Source of the DNA: Octopus sinensis
Lineage: Eukaryota
Direction of reading: 5' to 3'
Assembly (NCBI RefSeq): GCF_006345805.1
Contig: NW_021832841.1
Coordinates: 34,624 to 98,623 of the forward strand
Length of the DNA: 64,000 bases
The notes below the pieces were generated by a model that made no database searches, had not been told where the DNA came from, and was given only the letters and a program-made list of their open reading frames with translations. Positions within the stretch are counted from its first letter, which is position 1, and each line of letters begins with the position of its first letter. This document shows positions 26,873-39,921 of this stretch, piece by piece. Position numbers and translations under genes: made by a program.

Positions 26873-27112
26873 TATTTCTTTATTGCCCACAAGGGGCTAA
26901 ACATAGAGGGGACAAACAAGGACAGACAAAGGGATTAAGTCGATTACATCGACCCCCCACCCCACCCAGTGCGAAACTGGTACTTTATTTATCGACCCCG
27001 AAAGGATGAAAGGTAAAGTCGACCTCGGCGGAATTTGAACTCAGAACGTAACGACAGACGAAATACTGCTAAGCATTTTGCCCGGCGCGCTAACGAGTCT
27101 GCCAGCACGCCT
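26873..27112 (-). mobile_element. SINE family C
   Basis: 12-bp TSD GATATACATATA (26861-26872 and 27113-27124). Confidence 0.9.
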
Positions 27113-27124
27113 GATATACATATA

Positions 27125-27362
27125 GTGGAAGCGCGTAGCTTAGTGACTATGATGTTGGACTCATGATCGTACGATTGTGGTTTCGATTCTTGGACCGGGC
27201 GACGCGATGTGTTCTTGAGTAAAACACTTCATTTCACTTTGCTCCAGTCTACTCAGCTTGCAAAAAGGAGTAACCCTTCGATGGACCAGCATCCCATCCA
27301 GGTGGGGAATATAGACGTCATGAAACTGAGAAACCGGCATGAGTCGGCATGACTCGAGAAGG
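27125..27362 (+). mobile_element. Older tRNA-headed SINE, family D
   Basis: Head similar to family A (GTGGAAGCGCGTAGCTTAGTG...GGTTTCGATTC), then CGATGGACCAGCATCCCATCCAGG motif. Confidence 0.7.
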
Positions 27363-27403
27363 TAAAAGAAAGAAAAAAAGATATTCATATTTGTCTATAT
27401 CAT

Positions 27404-27612
27404 AAGGCGGTGAACTGGCAGAATCGTTACCGCGCCGGGCAAAAATGTTTTCCGGCATTTCGCCCGTCTTTACTTTCTGAGTTCAAATTCTACTGAGGTC
27501 AACTTTGCCTTCCATCTTTTTGGAGTCGATGAAATAAGTACAAGTTGAAGACTGGGGTCGGTATAATCGACTTACCCCTCCTCCAAAATTACTGACCTCG
27601 AGCCAAAATATG
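27404..27612 (+). mobile_element. Older SINE with family C head
   Basis: AAGGCGGTGAACTGGCAGAATCG...GAGTTCAAATTC; different tail. Confidence 0.7.
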
Positions 27613-28895
27613 CCATTTGTGTATATTATGTAAGCAGAGAAATTCTATCTCGTCTGAAATTATGCATCAGCATCGGCTGATGAGTATCCATGATCACTGA
27701 GAATGACTGGTATTTAATTGAAAGTGCGATGTAGAAAAGTAACGGGCTAAAAATGACACTCTAGACGACATTATAATTCGGCAATTTACTGGTTTGAGTA
27801 TCTTTAACAACAAAACATAACTTCAAGTAAGAGGTTTATATACTGTCACTCAATCCACTGGAAATAGCAGCTAAATTTTCTTTACATCATAACATAAGAA
27901 AAAGACATCGAATACAATCGTTTTAGGTGCCCTATGTCGTGGAATAGGTGGGTCGGTTATGGGTGGAACGCTCTTGATTATAGATCTGGCTGATCAGAAG
28001 CCAAGGAGAAAAGACTTACGAATATGAAACCTTAAAAACTTGTTATAAGGTAGGGAGCAAAATGAAGCAAAGCATAAAAACGCAACTTCTATGTAAAGAC
28101 ATTCGTGTTGTAGCGCACCAGACTATGCTAAACAGTGCACATAAATTCACCAATAATCTTATGCCTCATTTTTTTCCTGGTGTCTCCGTCGCCATTTTGA
28201 AAGTCATACATTACTATGGAGACTGCTGCATGATAAGAAAAGAAAAAGACACTCTGCTGTTGGAAATTTCCTTGAAAAAGAGATATCAACTATGTATTTG
28301 TGTTTGGGTGTCTTCCTATTAGTATTGTTTGTCTGCATTTCTATGCTGATTAGGAAAAAAAGACCAGAGCGATGTGTTAACAATTCTGGAGACAACCCTT
28401 ATATGTCGTGTCTAAGGTGATAGGTTATGTCAAAAAATTCAATGCAGCAAATAACTAGAGCGGTAAATTACATTGATTTTTGTCGTTGTAATTACCATTT
28501 CTCAACACAAATTTATTGTTCCTTCATTTTTTCAATTTTTTTCCGATTTTTCATTTTTTAAATATTTTTTTATATTTTCTTTCTTTTTTGTACTTTTTGA
28601 TAATAATTTACATCTCCATCTTGTAATCTGCCAAAGATGATATCCGGTGTAATTTCAGAGTATTAACGGTGTATGTTCTGTCTTCTTTTGTGGGTGAGGA
28701 GAGAAGAGCTTTCTGTTGTATTTTGCTTTCTTGTGTTTTCTCTCCAGTTTTTTTCTTTTGCTATGAAATCATTAATTCTTTTTCTTTCTTGAATCCAAAA
28801 ACATCGCAGAGGTATTTATTTACTTGGCAGAAACTAAAGGTTTGTTAACGTGGAGAAATAATGCAGTAGAAATAGGACAAATGTTACGAGATGAC

Positions 28896-28957
<62 letters not shown>
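28896..28957. repeat. (AAAG)n microsatellite
   Basis: Direct reading. Confidence 0.95.
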
Positions 28958-28958
<1 letters not shown>

Positions 28959-29422
28959 CAGAAAGAAGATATTAACGAAGAAAAATAAATACCAACAGCA
29001 AAAAAACAAAATGCAAACTAAAGAAATTATGAAAATGAAACAAAAGACTGAACAAAAGAAATGCGAATTTAAGAAGCCACAGACTTTATTTCTTTCCAAA
29101 GTAATTAACTGTCACAATAAAAGAAGAAATTAGGAGCACCATAGCAGAGAGGTAAGTTTCCTTTGAACAAAGTCCATAGCACGATTTCGATTCCTAGTTA
29201 AATCAATTCCAGTTCTTTTAAGCCACTAATATGCGTATAAAAAGCTATAAATATTATTCCCAGACTCTTCATCCAGAAATAGATTGGATCGGAGTTCGTA
29301 GCTTAGCTGAAGCAAATTTCATTACCCTACTTCAATTAATTCTAAGGGTAGACAAGGAATAACACATCTGAAACTTATTCAAAAATATAAGAGTTTTGTT
29401 TGTAGTCAAAAAGAACAAATAT

Positions 29423-29866
29423 TGGATCTTTTCGGTTTGAACGGCAGTTTTTTAAAATAATCTCCACGTAACTAAACACTTTTAAACTTCGTATACTGGT
29501 AGAATGTGTTTATAAAACATCTTTTTCTCTTGGCTTTTCATTGAGAAAATTCTTTCGTTTGTAAGATATTTGTTGTTTTTTTCTCTTCAATTTCTGCAAT
29601 TTCAACCAATCAATGACGTCTGTTGAGGTAAAAAACATTCTGTGCCGTATGAATATTCCCTCGTTTAAGAAACAGATTGTGTTTATTTACATTTGTGAAG
29701 AAAAAAAGATACCCTACCCCCCACCCCTAACCCTAACCCTAACCCAAACTAACCCTAACTCTAAAACAGATTGAAATGCAATAGATCGACACTAGGGTCA
29801 TAATTATGGGTGACAATTTCACATGACACCGCTAGAAAAAACTACCGTTCAAACCGAAAAGATCCC
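29423..29866. mobile_element. MITE with about 30-bp TIRs and an internal telomere-like repeat
   Basis: TIR (G/T)GGATCTTTTCGGTTTGAACGG(C/T)AGTTTTTT; AAATAT on both flanks; CCCTAA-type repeats at about 29722-29765. Confidence 0.85.
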
Positions 29867-31367
29867 AAATATTTTCTATGTACAATACTGTATTGTGCCG
29901 GATTGAAAGCAATATCCTCACATCATCCAGTGTCGAAAAAGGGTGTAGCTAAAAAGAAAATATAGAAGCGGAATTTTCCATCATATTGCACAGATTTTGA
30001 CTGGTTTCTTTTCTATGATCCTACATTTTCCAGGAAGTACCTTCACCCCTAATCTAAAATCTTTAGCTACAAATATACCTATATATCCAGATGTTCTATC
30101 TAAAGTAATCGTTTCCCAGATACCAATTTGATAACGCAGTCATTAAGAATGTAGAGAATAACGTTGGATAGTTGAGCACATCCTATATTAAGACTAACTG
30201 AAAGGTGAGGTTGCATTCGAAGTTGAGATTCTCTAAATGCGACAGATATCGAAGGATGCGCAAATGCAAGCTGCAAATGTAAACGTGTCATTGTGCAAAT
30301 GCAAGCGTGCCACTGGAAATTGTGTAAGTTGCCTAGGCTTGTAACAGAAAGTTGCATCAAGTGCAATTACTTGTAACTGTAAGCTGTGTAGGTTACAATG
30401 GCATGTAGCCGCACGCTGTAATGACTTGCGACAGTAAATTATATAAGCTACAATGGCTTGTAACTAGAAGATACGTAAGCATCAATGACTTGAACAGTAA
30501 TATAACTTGCAGTGAATTCTTTTTAGTTATAACGCTTGTATATCAATACTCATCCAACTTATCGAAGACGCTTAGTCCGTGCAAGGAAACGAAAGTTGTG
30601 TGGGCTGGACAACTGGAATCAAACTGTGGTTATGTATTGGTTATCGTAATGGTTGCTGTACTGCCTGGTGGTTGTAAAAGAACCGTCGTCGTGAAAGGGT
30701 GATAAAAGCCCGAATAGTAAATGTTATGTTTTACTGCCAACATGGATGTCTTTGGTGATCTGAAAGAGTGAATTGACTGATGTAGTGGAACTGTATATTG
30801 TTTGGGTCAGTCTCTCTGAAGGTAGAGGAGATTTAATTTCCTTTATATATAAACGATGTATCTGTCCATTCAGATTAAAATCTTAATATAGGTAGTTTAG
30901 CGAAACATATTTCGAACATGTTTACAAAAGGGATTAAGTAGCAAACAACGGTTTAATGGAAGACCTGATAACCCGCAGTATCTGTAAATTTAAGGGCAAG
31001 TCAAATTTTGTGAGTGTAATCTGACCATCGAATGTAGTTTTCCTTTATATCAGCGATTTGCTACAAGAGAATATTTGAAGATATACAAATGCAAGTTCTC
31101 TCTCCACGCAAGAAATTCAGTGTAGTATTAGGACTCAGTACAAACTCTTTCAAGAACTGGCATTTTCGGGACAGCCGAATTTCGATACAGACTTTGTCAT
31201 TTTGCTCTTGCACTACGTTTACTCCTGTAAAAGTAAACTCTGATATGTGTATATACATGAATGTGTTTGTTTGTGTATGTGTGTGTATGTGTGTGTGTGT
31301 GTGTGTGTGTACTATATAGCTTATACAGCACCGGATCTATTTCCTTATTAATATTATGAATCATCAA

Positions 31368-31743
31368 TTACTCTTTTACTCTTTTACTTGTTTCAGTCAT
31401 TTGACTGCGGCCATTCTGGAGCACCGCCTTTAGTCGAGCAAATCGACCCCGGGACTTATTCTTTTTAAGCCTAGTACTTATTCTATCGCTAAGTGATGGG
31501 GACGTAAACACACCAGAATGGTTGTCAAGCAATGCTAGGGGGACAAACACAGAAAAACACACACACACATACATATATACGATGGGCTTCTTTCAGTTTC
31601 CGTCTACCAAATCCACTCACAAGGCATTGGTCGGCCCGGGGCTATAGCAGAAGACACATGCCCAAGGTACCACGCAGTGGGACTGAACCCGGAACCATGT
31701 GGTTGGTTAGCAAGCTACTTACCACACAGCCACTCCTGCGCCT
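31368..31743 (-). mobile_element. SINE family B
   Basis: Full length with a small internal deletion. Confidence 0.9.
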
Positions 31744-32794
31744 TAGGTACGATACAATCATATCGGTTACTGAAACTCTTATATTTTTCAGTAACATTGC
31801 TTCCCCCCTACCCCACCCATTCCGCCTCTATCTCACCTCACGTCTATCACTTATCGTCTCCTTTTCAATCCATATAAGTTTAGAATATCTCAACCATTTT
31901 CTTTTAATACTAAATTTATCAACTTCCTCAATTGTTTCGTTTCTTTCTCAAACTTATACTGTGTAATAAATATGGCCCTCTTTGAATTTAATGTAATATT
32001 GTGCGTGTGTGTGCATGTGTGTGTGTGTGTGCGCGTGTGTGTGTGTGCATGCGTGTGTGTGTGTGTACATGCGTGCGAATTTTTATCTAGGTTTGTATTT
32101 TGCTTGTATTTTTCATGCATGTCTTTGTGTGTGAATGTATGTGTGCTCACACATATCTGTTTGATTATGTCTGTATGTGTATGAATGCCTAGTTTATGTC
32201 ATATGTATTTCTATGTTGCTACTCATAATATTTTTCTATCTATTTATCTGTGTCTATATCGACAACTTTCTCTTTCTTATTCATGCTGTCTCTATGAAAA
32301 CAAAAAAATAGTGTAAACGTCACCAACACCTCACAAAAAATAAAATAATACGTGTTGACCCGCAATATGAGCAATATTCTGACATCGCTAAGAAGAAAAT
32401 AACTCTCTGTCTTACCTAGAGGGAGATGTCACTCTAAACCACGACCAAGTAAGTGTGAGGGTACAGTTTGAGTGGAAGAAATCAATCACATTCATAACGT
32501 GATCAATATACACTCCCAAAAGGGGAATTCAACTTAACAATTCTTCTGGCGTGTCATTGCCTCGATCCACACTCCTTCTAGCTGAACACTCAACAGGGTT
32601 GCTTATACTTCAGCCCCTACATTATCAAGACGTGCTAAAAAATTTAAATGGCTTTGCATCACATTTGGAAGACAAATATGACAAGTCTGTATCTGTTCAA
32701 AAAGTTGCCAGCAGACAACAAATACTCTCAGATAGACAGAATATTTATCTTATATATGGATATGTTGATATGCATATGTATGAGTAGCAGTGTG

Positions 32795-33130
<336 letters not shown>

Positions 33131-34040
33131 GTGTATATATGCGGTACGTGTTATAAGCAGCATGTATGCATTCAATATAATATATGCATTATATTTAATA
33201 CATTATATTATAAATAATACATGTGTGCTATAATTTATGTGATATATATTATATATATCACATATGATATATAATAAGCATAATAGACACATATAGATGT
33301 TTATACGTGTGTGCAATATATATGTGCACATATATATATATATATATATATGTGTATGTATGTATGTATGTATTGTATGTAATGTATATGCATACATACA
33401 TGCAAATACTCATACACATCCACACATTTATACACTCATATACATTAGGGAAATCTATTTGTAAGAGATAACACCCATCGTCACCACCATCATTACCATT
33501 TCTAAAATATATGGGGGAAAAAATCTGAAAATATGAGAAGGAAAAATAAAAAATATATATGTCAAGAAGGAAATCTAATTTCTAATATGACCATAGAAAT
33601 ATATAGATCATAAGGGATAACTTGGTCGAATAAATATCACTGTGTTTGTGAGAAAATGACGGACACATTGAAGAAAATTAATGGCCGTGCCCGGTCGGTA
33701 ACGAAAAAACAAAACACATGAAATGATAATGAAAACCAAAGGAAAAAAATAAGATAGGATGAATACGTAATCGTGGCTAGCAGTAATGAATAATCGATTC
33801 TGAATTAGAAGAAAGTAGAAATCTTAGAGTAATGGAAGACGGATTAGATTTTAACAAGAAGATTGAAGATACCCATCGATACATAATGACCATATCTGTT
33901 GAGTCACATCGTGACTTGCATTTTAACTGGAACGAAGTGGGATATACGCATACACCGATGCAAACATACACGCACTTGCATATATAAGTATATGTCCATG
34001 TATATAGGTGTACGCACAAATAAATGCATGTAAATATGTA

Positions 34041-34464
34041 TTTTTTTTTTTTTTTTTTTTTTTACTTGTTTCAGTCATTTGACTGCGGCCATGCTGGAGC
34101 ACCGCCTTTAGTCGAGCAACTCGACCCCGGGACTTATTCTTTGTAAGCCCAGTACTTATTCTATCGGTCTCTTTTGCCGAACCGCTAAGTGACGGGGACG
34201 TAAACACACCAGCATCGGTTGTCAAGCAATGCTAGGGGAACAAACACAGACACACAAACATATTCACACACACATATATATATATATATATACATATATA
34301 CGACAGGCTTCTTTCAGTTTCCGTCTACCAAATCCACTCACAAGGCATTGGTCGGCCCGGGGCTATAGCAGAAGACACTTGCCCAAGATGCCACGCAGTG
34401 GGACTGAACCCGGAACCATGTGGTTGGTTAGCAAGCTACTTACCAAACAGCCACTCCTGCGCCT
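34041..34464 (-). mobile_element. SINE family B with A-rich tail
   Basis: Full length; T run at 34041-34063 on the + strand. Confidence 0.92.
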
Positions 34465-35140
34465 ATGTATATATATATGTACGTTGACACATATATATGT
34501 GTGTGTGCGTGTCAGTGTATTAAATTTCTAATACGTGTATATGTATACCGAAAAATTAACACTATCAATGTAAGTGGGTATCGTAGGTTTTCTTGAAATT
34601 GAGTTTATAACCAGTTCCGATTCCCGATTTCCTTTGGTTGATAAGTTTTGGGAAAATACATAAACTTGAGCGTGTCCCATTTTTGACCATCCTAATCTTG
34701 GCTAAAAGACTCCAGTATTATAAACATGCCTGTATTCAGGCGTGTGTGTACGTGTAACTAACTTTGTGTGCATGCAGGCAAATAGGCAAATGATTAAGAA
34801 ATTCATTCGCAGTTATATGATCTTCAGTTCGGTCTCATTGCTTGGCATCCTGAGTGAGAATGTGTCCTTTTACCATAGTCTCAAGTTGGCACAAGATGAG
34901 AACTGATCGGAGCCCTGCCGAAAATATTGCATCCGTAACACAAAGTTTTAGCCTTGACATATACTGTGATGCATTGTTTCTTCCAGGTGAATACAAAATT
35001 CTAAGAATATTCAGCTACTAATACGGTTATTCAACGAGTAGGTTGTCCACTTAGTCGAATAACTAGATATCTATCGACGACAACGGCTGAGATTCAGCAA
35101 CTTTACTCCCTATGACTTATTGTTTATGTATGCATGTACT

Positions 35141-35523
35141 GTGGAGGCGCAATGGCCCAGTGGTTAGGGCAGCGGACTCGCGGTCGTAGGATCGCGGTTT
35201 CGATTCCCAGAACGGGCGTTGTGAGTGTTTATTGAGCGAAAACACCTAAAGCTCCACGAGGCTCCGGCAGGGGATGGTGGTGATCCCTGCTGTACTCTTT
35301 TACCACAACTTTTTCTCACTCTTACTTCCTGTTTCTGTTGTACCTGTATTTCAAAGGGCCCGCCTTGTCACTCTCTGTGTCACGCTGAATATCCCCGAGA
35401 ACTACGTTAAGGGTACACGTGTCTGTGGAGTGCTCAGCCACTTACACGTTAATTTCACGAGCAGGCTGTTCCGTTGATCGGATCAACCGGAACCCTCGTC
35501 GTCGTTACCGACGGAGTGCTTCC
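35141..35523 (+). mobile_element. SINE family A (full length)
   Basis: Head GTGGAGGCGCAATGG to tail GACGGAGTGCTTCC. Confidence 0.92.
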
Positions 35524-35535
35524 AACTATGTGTGT

Positions 35536-36260
35536 ATGTATGAGTTGGAATCAAAACGTGCCCAGACTAGTTTTGTAGCACGCCAACAGATGACAGCACA
35601 CGGTTGCGTGCGTAGCAAGAGCTAGCAGTGACCTTCATGAGGCAGTGTGGCGAGTGACATCACTGTGTTTACTTCGTAAGTTGTGGGAATTTGTTTTTGT
35701 GTCATGGACAGGAAGTTGCAACAATGAGCCAACGTGAAATTTTACGCTAAGCTTGAGGTGTCTGCTACAGAGACATTGGACATACTTCTGCAAGCTTACG
35801 GCGACGAGGTAATGGGTCGTACGCAATGTTTTGAGTGGTTCAGGCGCTTCAAAAGCAGAAGGACGTCCCTGGAAGAAGATGGGCGATCTGGAAGCCCTGC
35901 CACAAGCGTCACCCCCGAACATCTGGAGAAAATTCATCAGCTTGTGCATGAGGATTTTCGGAGGACAATCAACGACATTGCTGATGTTGTTGGTGTGTCG
36001 TATGGTTCCGCACGGGCAATCCTAATGCCCGGGAAACATCGGATTATTCTCGAAGTCAATGCACCAACCACCGAGCTCCCCTCACTCATGAGTTTCTCGC
36101 CGAAAACAACATGGTACCGCTTCCGCCCTATTCGCCAGATTTAGCACCTGCAGACTTACATCTCTTTCCCAAGATGAAAATGCGACTGAAAGGTCGCCGT
36201 TTTAACAACGTTGTTGAGCCCCACCCAGGGTGAATCGCAGAAATTCCGTGAAGGTAGAGC
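35536..36260 (+). mobile_element. Internally deleted mariner
   Basis: HTH region KFYAKL...EWFRRFKS.RTSLEEDGRSG...RRTINDIADVVGVSYGS joined directly to the PYSPDLAPAD..LFPKMK region. Confidence 0.82.
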
Positions 36261-36301
36261 CAGTAGATCCAGTGGTAGTTCGGGTGGAGTGCCGGTATGT
36301 A

Positions 36302-36534
36302 TAAGGCGGCGAGCTGGCAGAAACGTTAGCACGCCGGGCGAAATGCTTAGCGGTATTTCGTCTGCGTTACGTTGTGAGTTCAAATTCCGCCGAGGTCGAC
36401 TTTGCCTTTCATCCTTTCGGGGTCGATAAATTAAGTACCAGTTACGCAATGGGGTCGATATAATCGACTTAATCCGTTTGTCTGTCCTTGTTTGTCCGCT
36501 CTGTGTTTAGCCCCTTGTGGGTAATAAAGAAATA
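36302..36534 (+). mobile_element. SINE family C
   Basis: 8-bp TSD GGTATGTA. Confidence 0.9.
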
Positions 36535-37505
36535 GGTATGTAGATGAGGAGAGGTGCTGAAAATTCGGTAAGTGGTTCAGATATGCAAGTCCAAAGAGTA
36601 GAAAGTTCAGTTAGGATCAAACTGGGGTAACCACGTGAGCGTATAATATATAGTTGAAATTTATAAAAAAAATAAAAGACGGAGACAGGTGTATAAACAA
36701 CAAACAATAGTTGTATGCATATAAAGGCGGCGAATTAGCAGTACTTATTCAAGTCCCGTTGACTTCACCTTTCATTCTTTCGGGGTCGATAAATAGGTCA
36801 CCAGTTCTGAATGGTGGATTAGCGAACTAGAATGTATTGCGATATATGCTCCGGCTCCGTGCGTTCAAAATTGAAATCATCCTTCTCGTCAGCGAAAAAT
36901 AAGAACCGTTGCATCTCCATTAGGAACTGTCAGCGCGAGATAGCATTAGTAATGGGAAAAAAATGAATAGAAGCATAATTTCCTTTGTACATTCAGAGGA
37001 TCGGCTGTGACTCTCATTCTCGTATATTTGCTTTTATAAAGATGTGTGAGCATGTGTGTGTGTGTGTGCTTGTGTGTGTGAATACTACTTACCTGAATAT
37101 ATATTCCGCTTTTTTCTTTATAGTCCTCGAAGAACATCCCATATACCTATAAAAAATACCGTTTAATAACGTTAATATGTTTATATGTTTAGTCAACAGA
37201 TGAGATTCAGAGATTCTCAGTATAGAAGACACTAGCGCTCAAATGACACAAGCTTAGACTCCGATGTCTTCACGGGGGACAGATTCCGCAGGGTAAAGAA
37301 TGGCTATAAGAGGAATCAAATTGAGCAGATAAAGGGGCAATTATGCGGATAAACAAATTATATATATCAAATATATCAGCCTGGGTATGACATACAAAAT
37401 ATGTATATATGTATACATGCAAAACGAGAGAAAGTAAAGAGTGCAGAGTTCCAGACGATGAATACTGAAGTATCAATGTATAAGTATTTATATAAATAGA
37501 CCAAC

Positions 37506-38560
37506 TTGACGATGACAATCCCTCAAGGTCGAGGATGATGGTCTTCGCGCAGATTCACTGGTGAGTCCGTAGGTGACCGATAAGACCAATTCTTGCTTGA
37601 AAAGATCGGTCGCAGTGCGGACATCTAGTGCCGGAAGGGAGAGTCGCACGTGGTTGTTGTTGGCGCTCCTTCCGTCGTCGTCTTTTCTCCTCCAGCTCTG
37701 CAGACCTTTTCGACTCGAAAGTCGCCGTTCCCTCATGGATGGTGGTTTTCCAGAGTGGTCTGTTTTTTGCCGTTTCCTCCCAGTTGGTGAAGTCGATGTC
37801 ACACTTTTTGAGGTTCGTTTTCAGGGAGTCCTTGTAGCGTTTCTTCTGGCCTCCTTTTGTACGCTTGCCCTCTTTGAGACCAACTTACACAAAGTACAAA
37901 CAGAGAGAATTAAAGGGGACGAAGTCAGGTGTTATAACAGCTGTTTCTGGGGGCTCGGAGATCCGCCATAATGTTGGGAGATGTAGTTCATCACAATAAG
38001 CAGGCCGTAATGGAAGCAATCAACATTGGATAAATCGAGCCTCCGTAATCAGGGTAGAAAAGATCTAACATCTCAGATCATGATGCAGAGAAGTTCAAAT
38101 GTGGAATGATTAAATGTGGAGAACAAGTAGTATCAGAAGCTCAATGTGAGGCTCAAAAAGAGGTAATCCTGAGCTGATAGAAAGCCACTGCTTATTTATT
38201 CGCCTTTCTTCCTCTTTCCAATCAACGTATTAAGATGCTCTTGTGTGGAACAACTACAAGCTGGTCCGGAATGCCACAATTTTTGAGGCATCTCATTTCA
38301 AATGCTTACTATTTTGAGTAAGAATTCGACTATATTCGTATCCCACATTCAAGCAATGCAATCGCTGTTATCTGACTACGTTGGTCTGTATTTGTTGCTT
38401 GTTGCTTTAGGTCTTATTCACCTTTTGTATATGTCCTGTTGCTATGGCAATTTGATCCATTATCCAGGTTTTGTATATTGCATTTTCAATTTATTTCTTA
38501 AGTAAATCGTGACAGATGCCCAAGAAAGTTTTGAAGATTGGTGAAAGAACGATCACCTAT
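37506..38560 (-). mobile_element. RTE-clade LINE 3' fragment
   Basis: GGQKKRYKDSLKTNLKKCDIDFTNWEETAKNRPLWK...CPHCDRSFQARIGLIGHLRTH*; 3' UTR hairpin TCCTCG-ACCT-TGAGGG. Confidence 0.85.
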
Positions 38561-38954
38561 CTAAGATTTTGAGATTTGCGTTCGACATTGAACTGTTAAC
38601 GATTCTAAAGACGAATAATCTGGGATCATGAGAAGATTGGATATTGCTTCAGATAAATATGATAAGGAAATAAATCAACTGTGGAAAAATGTCAGGTCAT
38701 AGTGACAAGAGAAGAATACGCTGAACAAAGATATGATGGCATTGATATAGATGCAGTCCAAATCAATGACATTCAGCTGTAATCAGGGGGCAAATCCACA
38801 TTTTTGTACGTTACATTCACATCTTGGCTGAAAATATGAATGTAATGCCCTCACGTTCATGCTTACAAATGCATATACAGAAACACACACACATTCACGA
38901 ATGCACATGCATACTTACATAAACACACACACTCGTAGACATAGAAACAAACCG

Positions 38955-39618
<664 letters not shown>

Positions 39619-39921
39619 CTTTCTTTTATTAGCCACACAGGGCTGAATACAGAGGGGACAATACAAATGCAGAGCTTTTCTTTTCGAGGGTGGAAAAAAA
39701 TAAAAAATGTAAGATTGCGATCAAAAGGGATCGAGGGGAGGAAAAAAAAGGAAAAAAAGAAAATCGTGTATCACAGAAATAATGGTGTAAACATTGATAT
39801 AACAAGATTGGGTTCATCCGTGGGAAGAAAAGCCTACAGAAAAGACCACGGGAACCCCAGTCAGGGAGGAGGAAATAAACACATGAGGTCAAAAATGCTC
39901 TCTTTCTTTCTTTTTTACGAT

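Noticed and set aside
27660-27710. CTGATGAG with a short bulged hairpin
   Set aside because: Followed by TGAGAA and not GAAA; at best a dead remnant
29722-29765. Chromosome end or telomere fusion
   Set aside because: Only a few imperfect units, enclosed within MITE TIRs
31061-31258. Possible minus-strand exon after TTTACTTTTACAG
   Set aside because: No recognisable protein similarity or partner exons; such sites are common by chance in AT-rich DNA
35141-35220. tRNA-like heads of the SINEs as tRNA genes
   Set aside because: They continue into SINE bodies with TSDs, and I could not fold a complete cloverleaf
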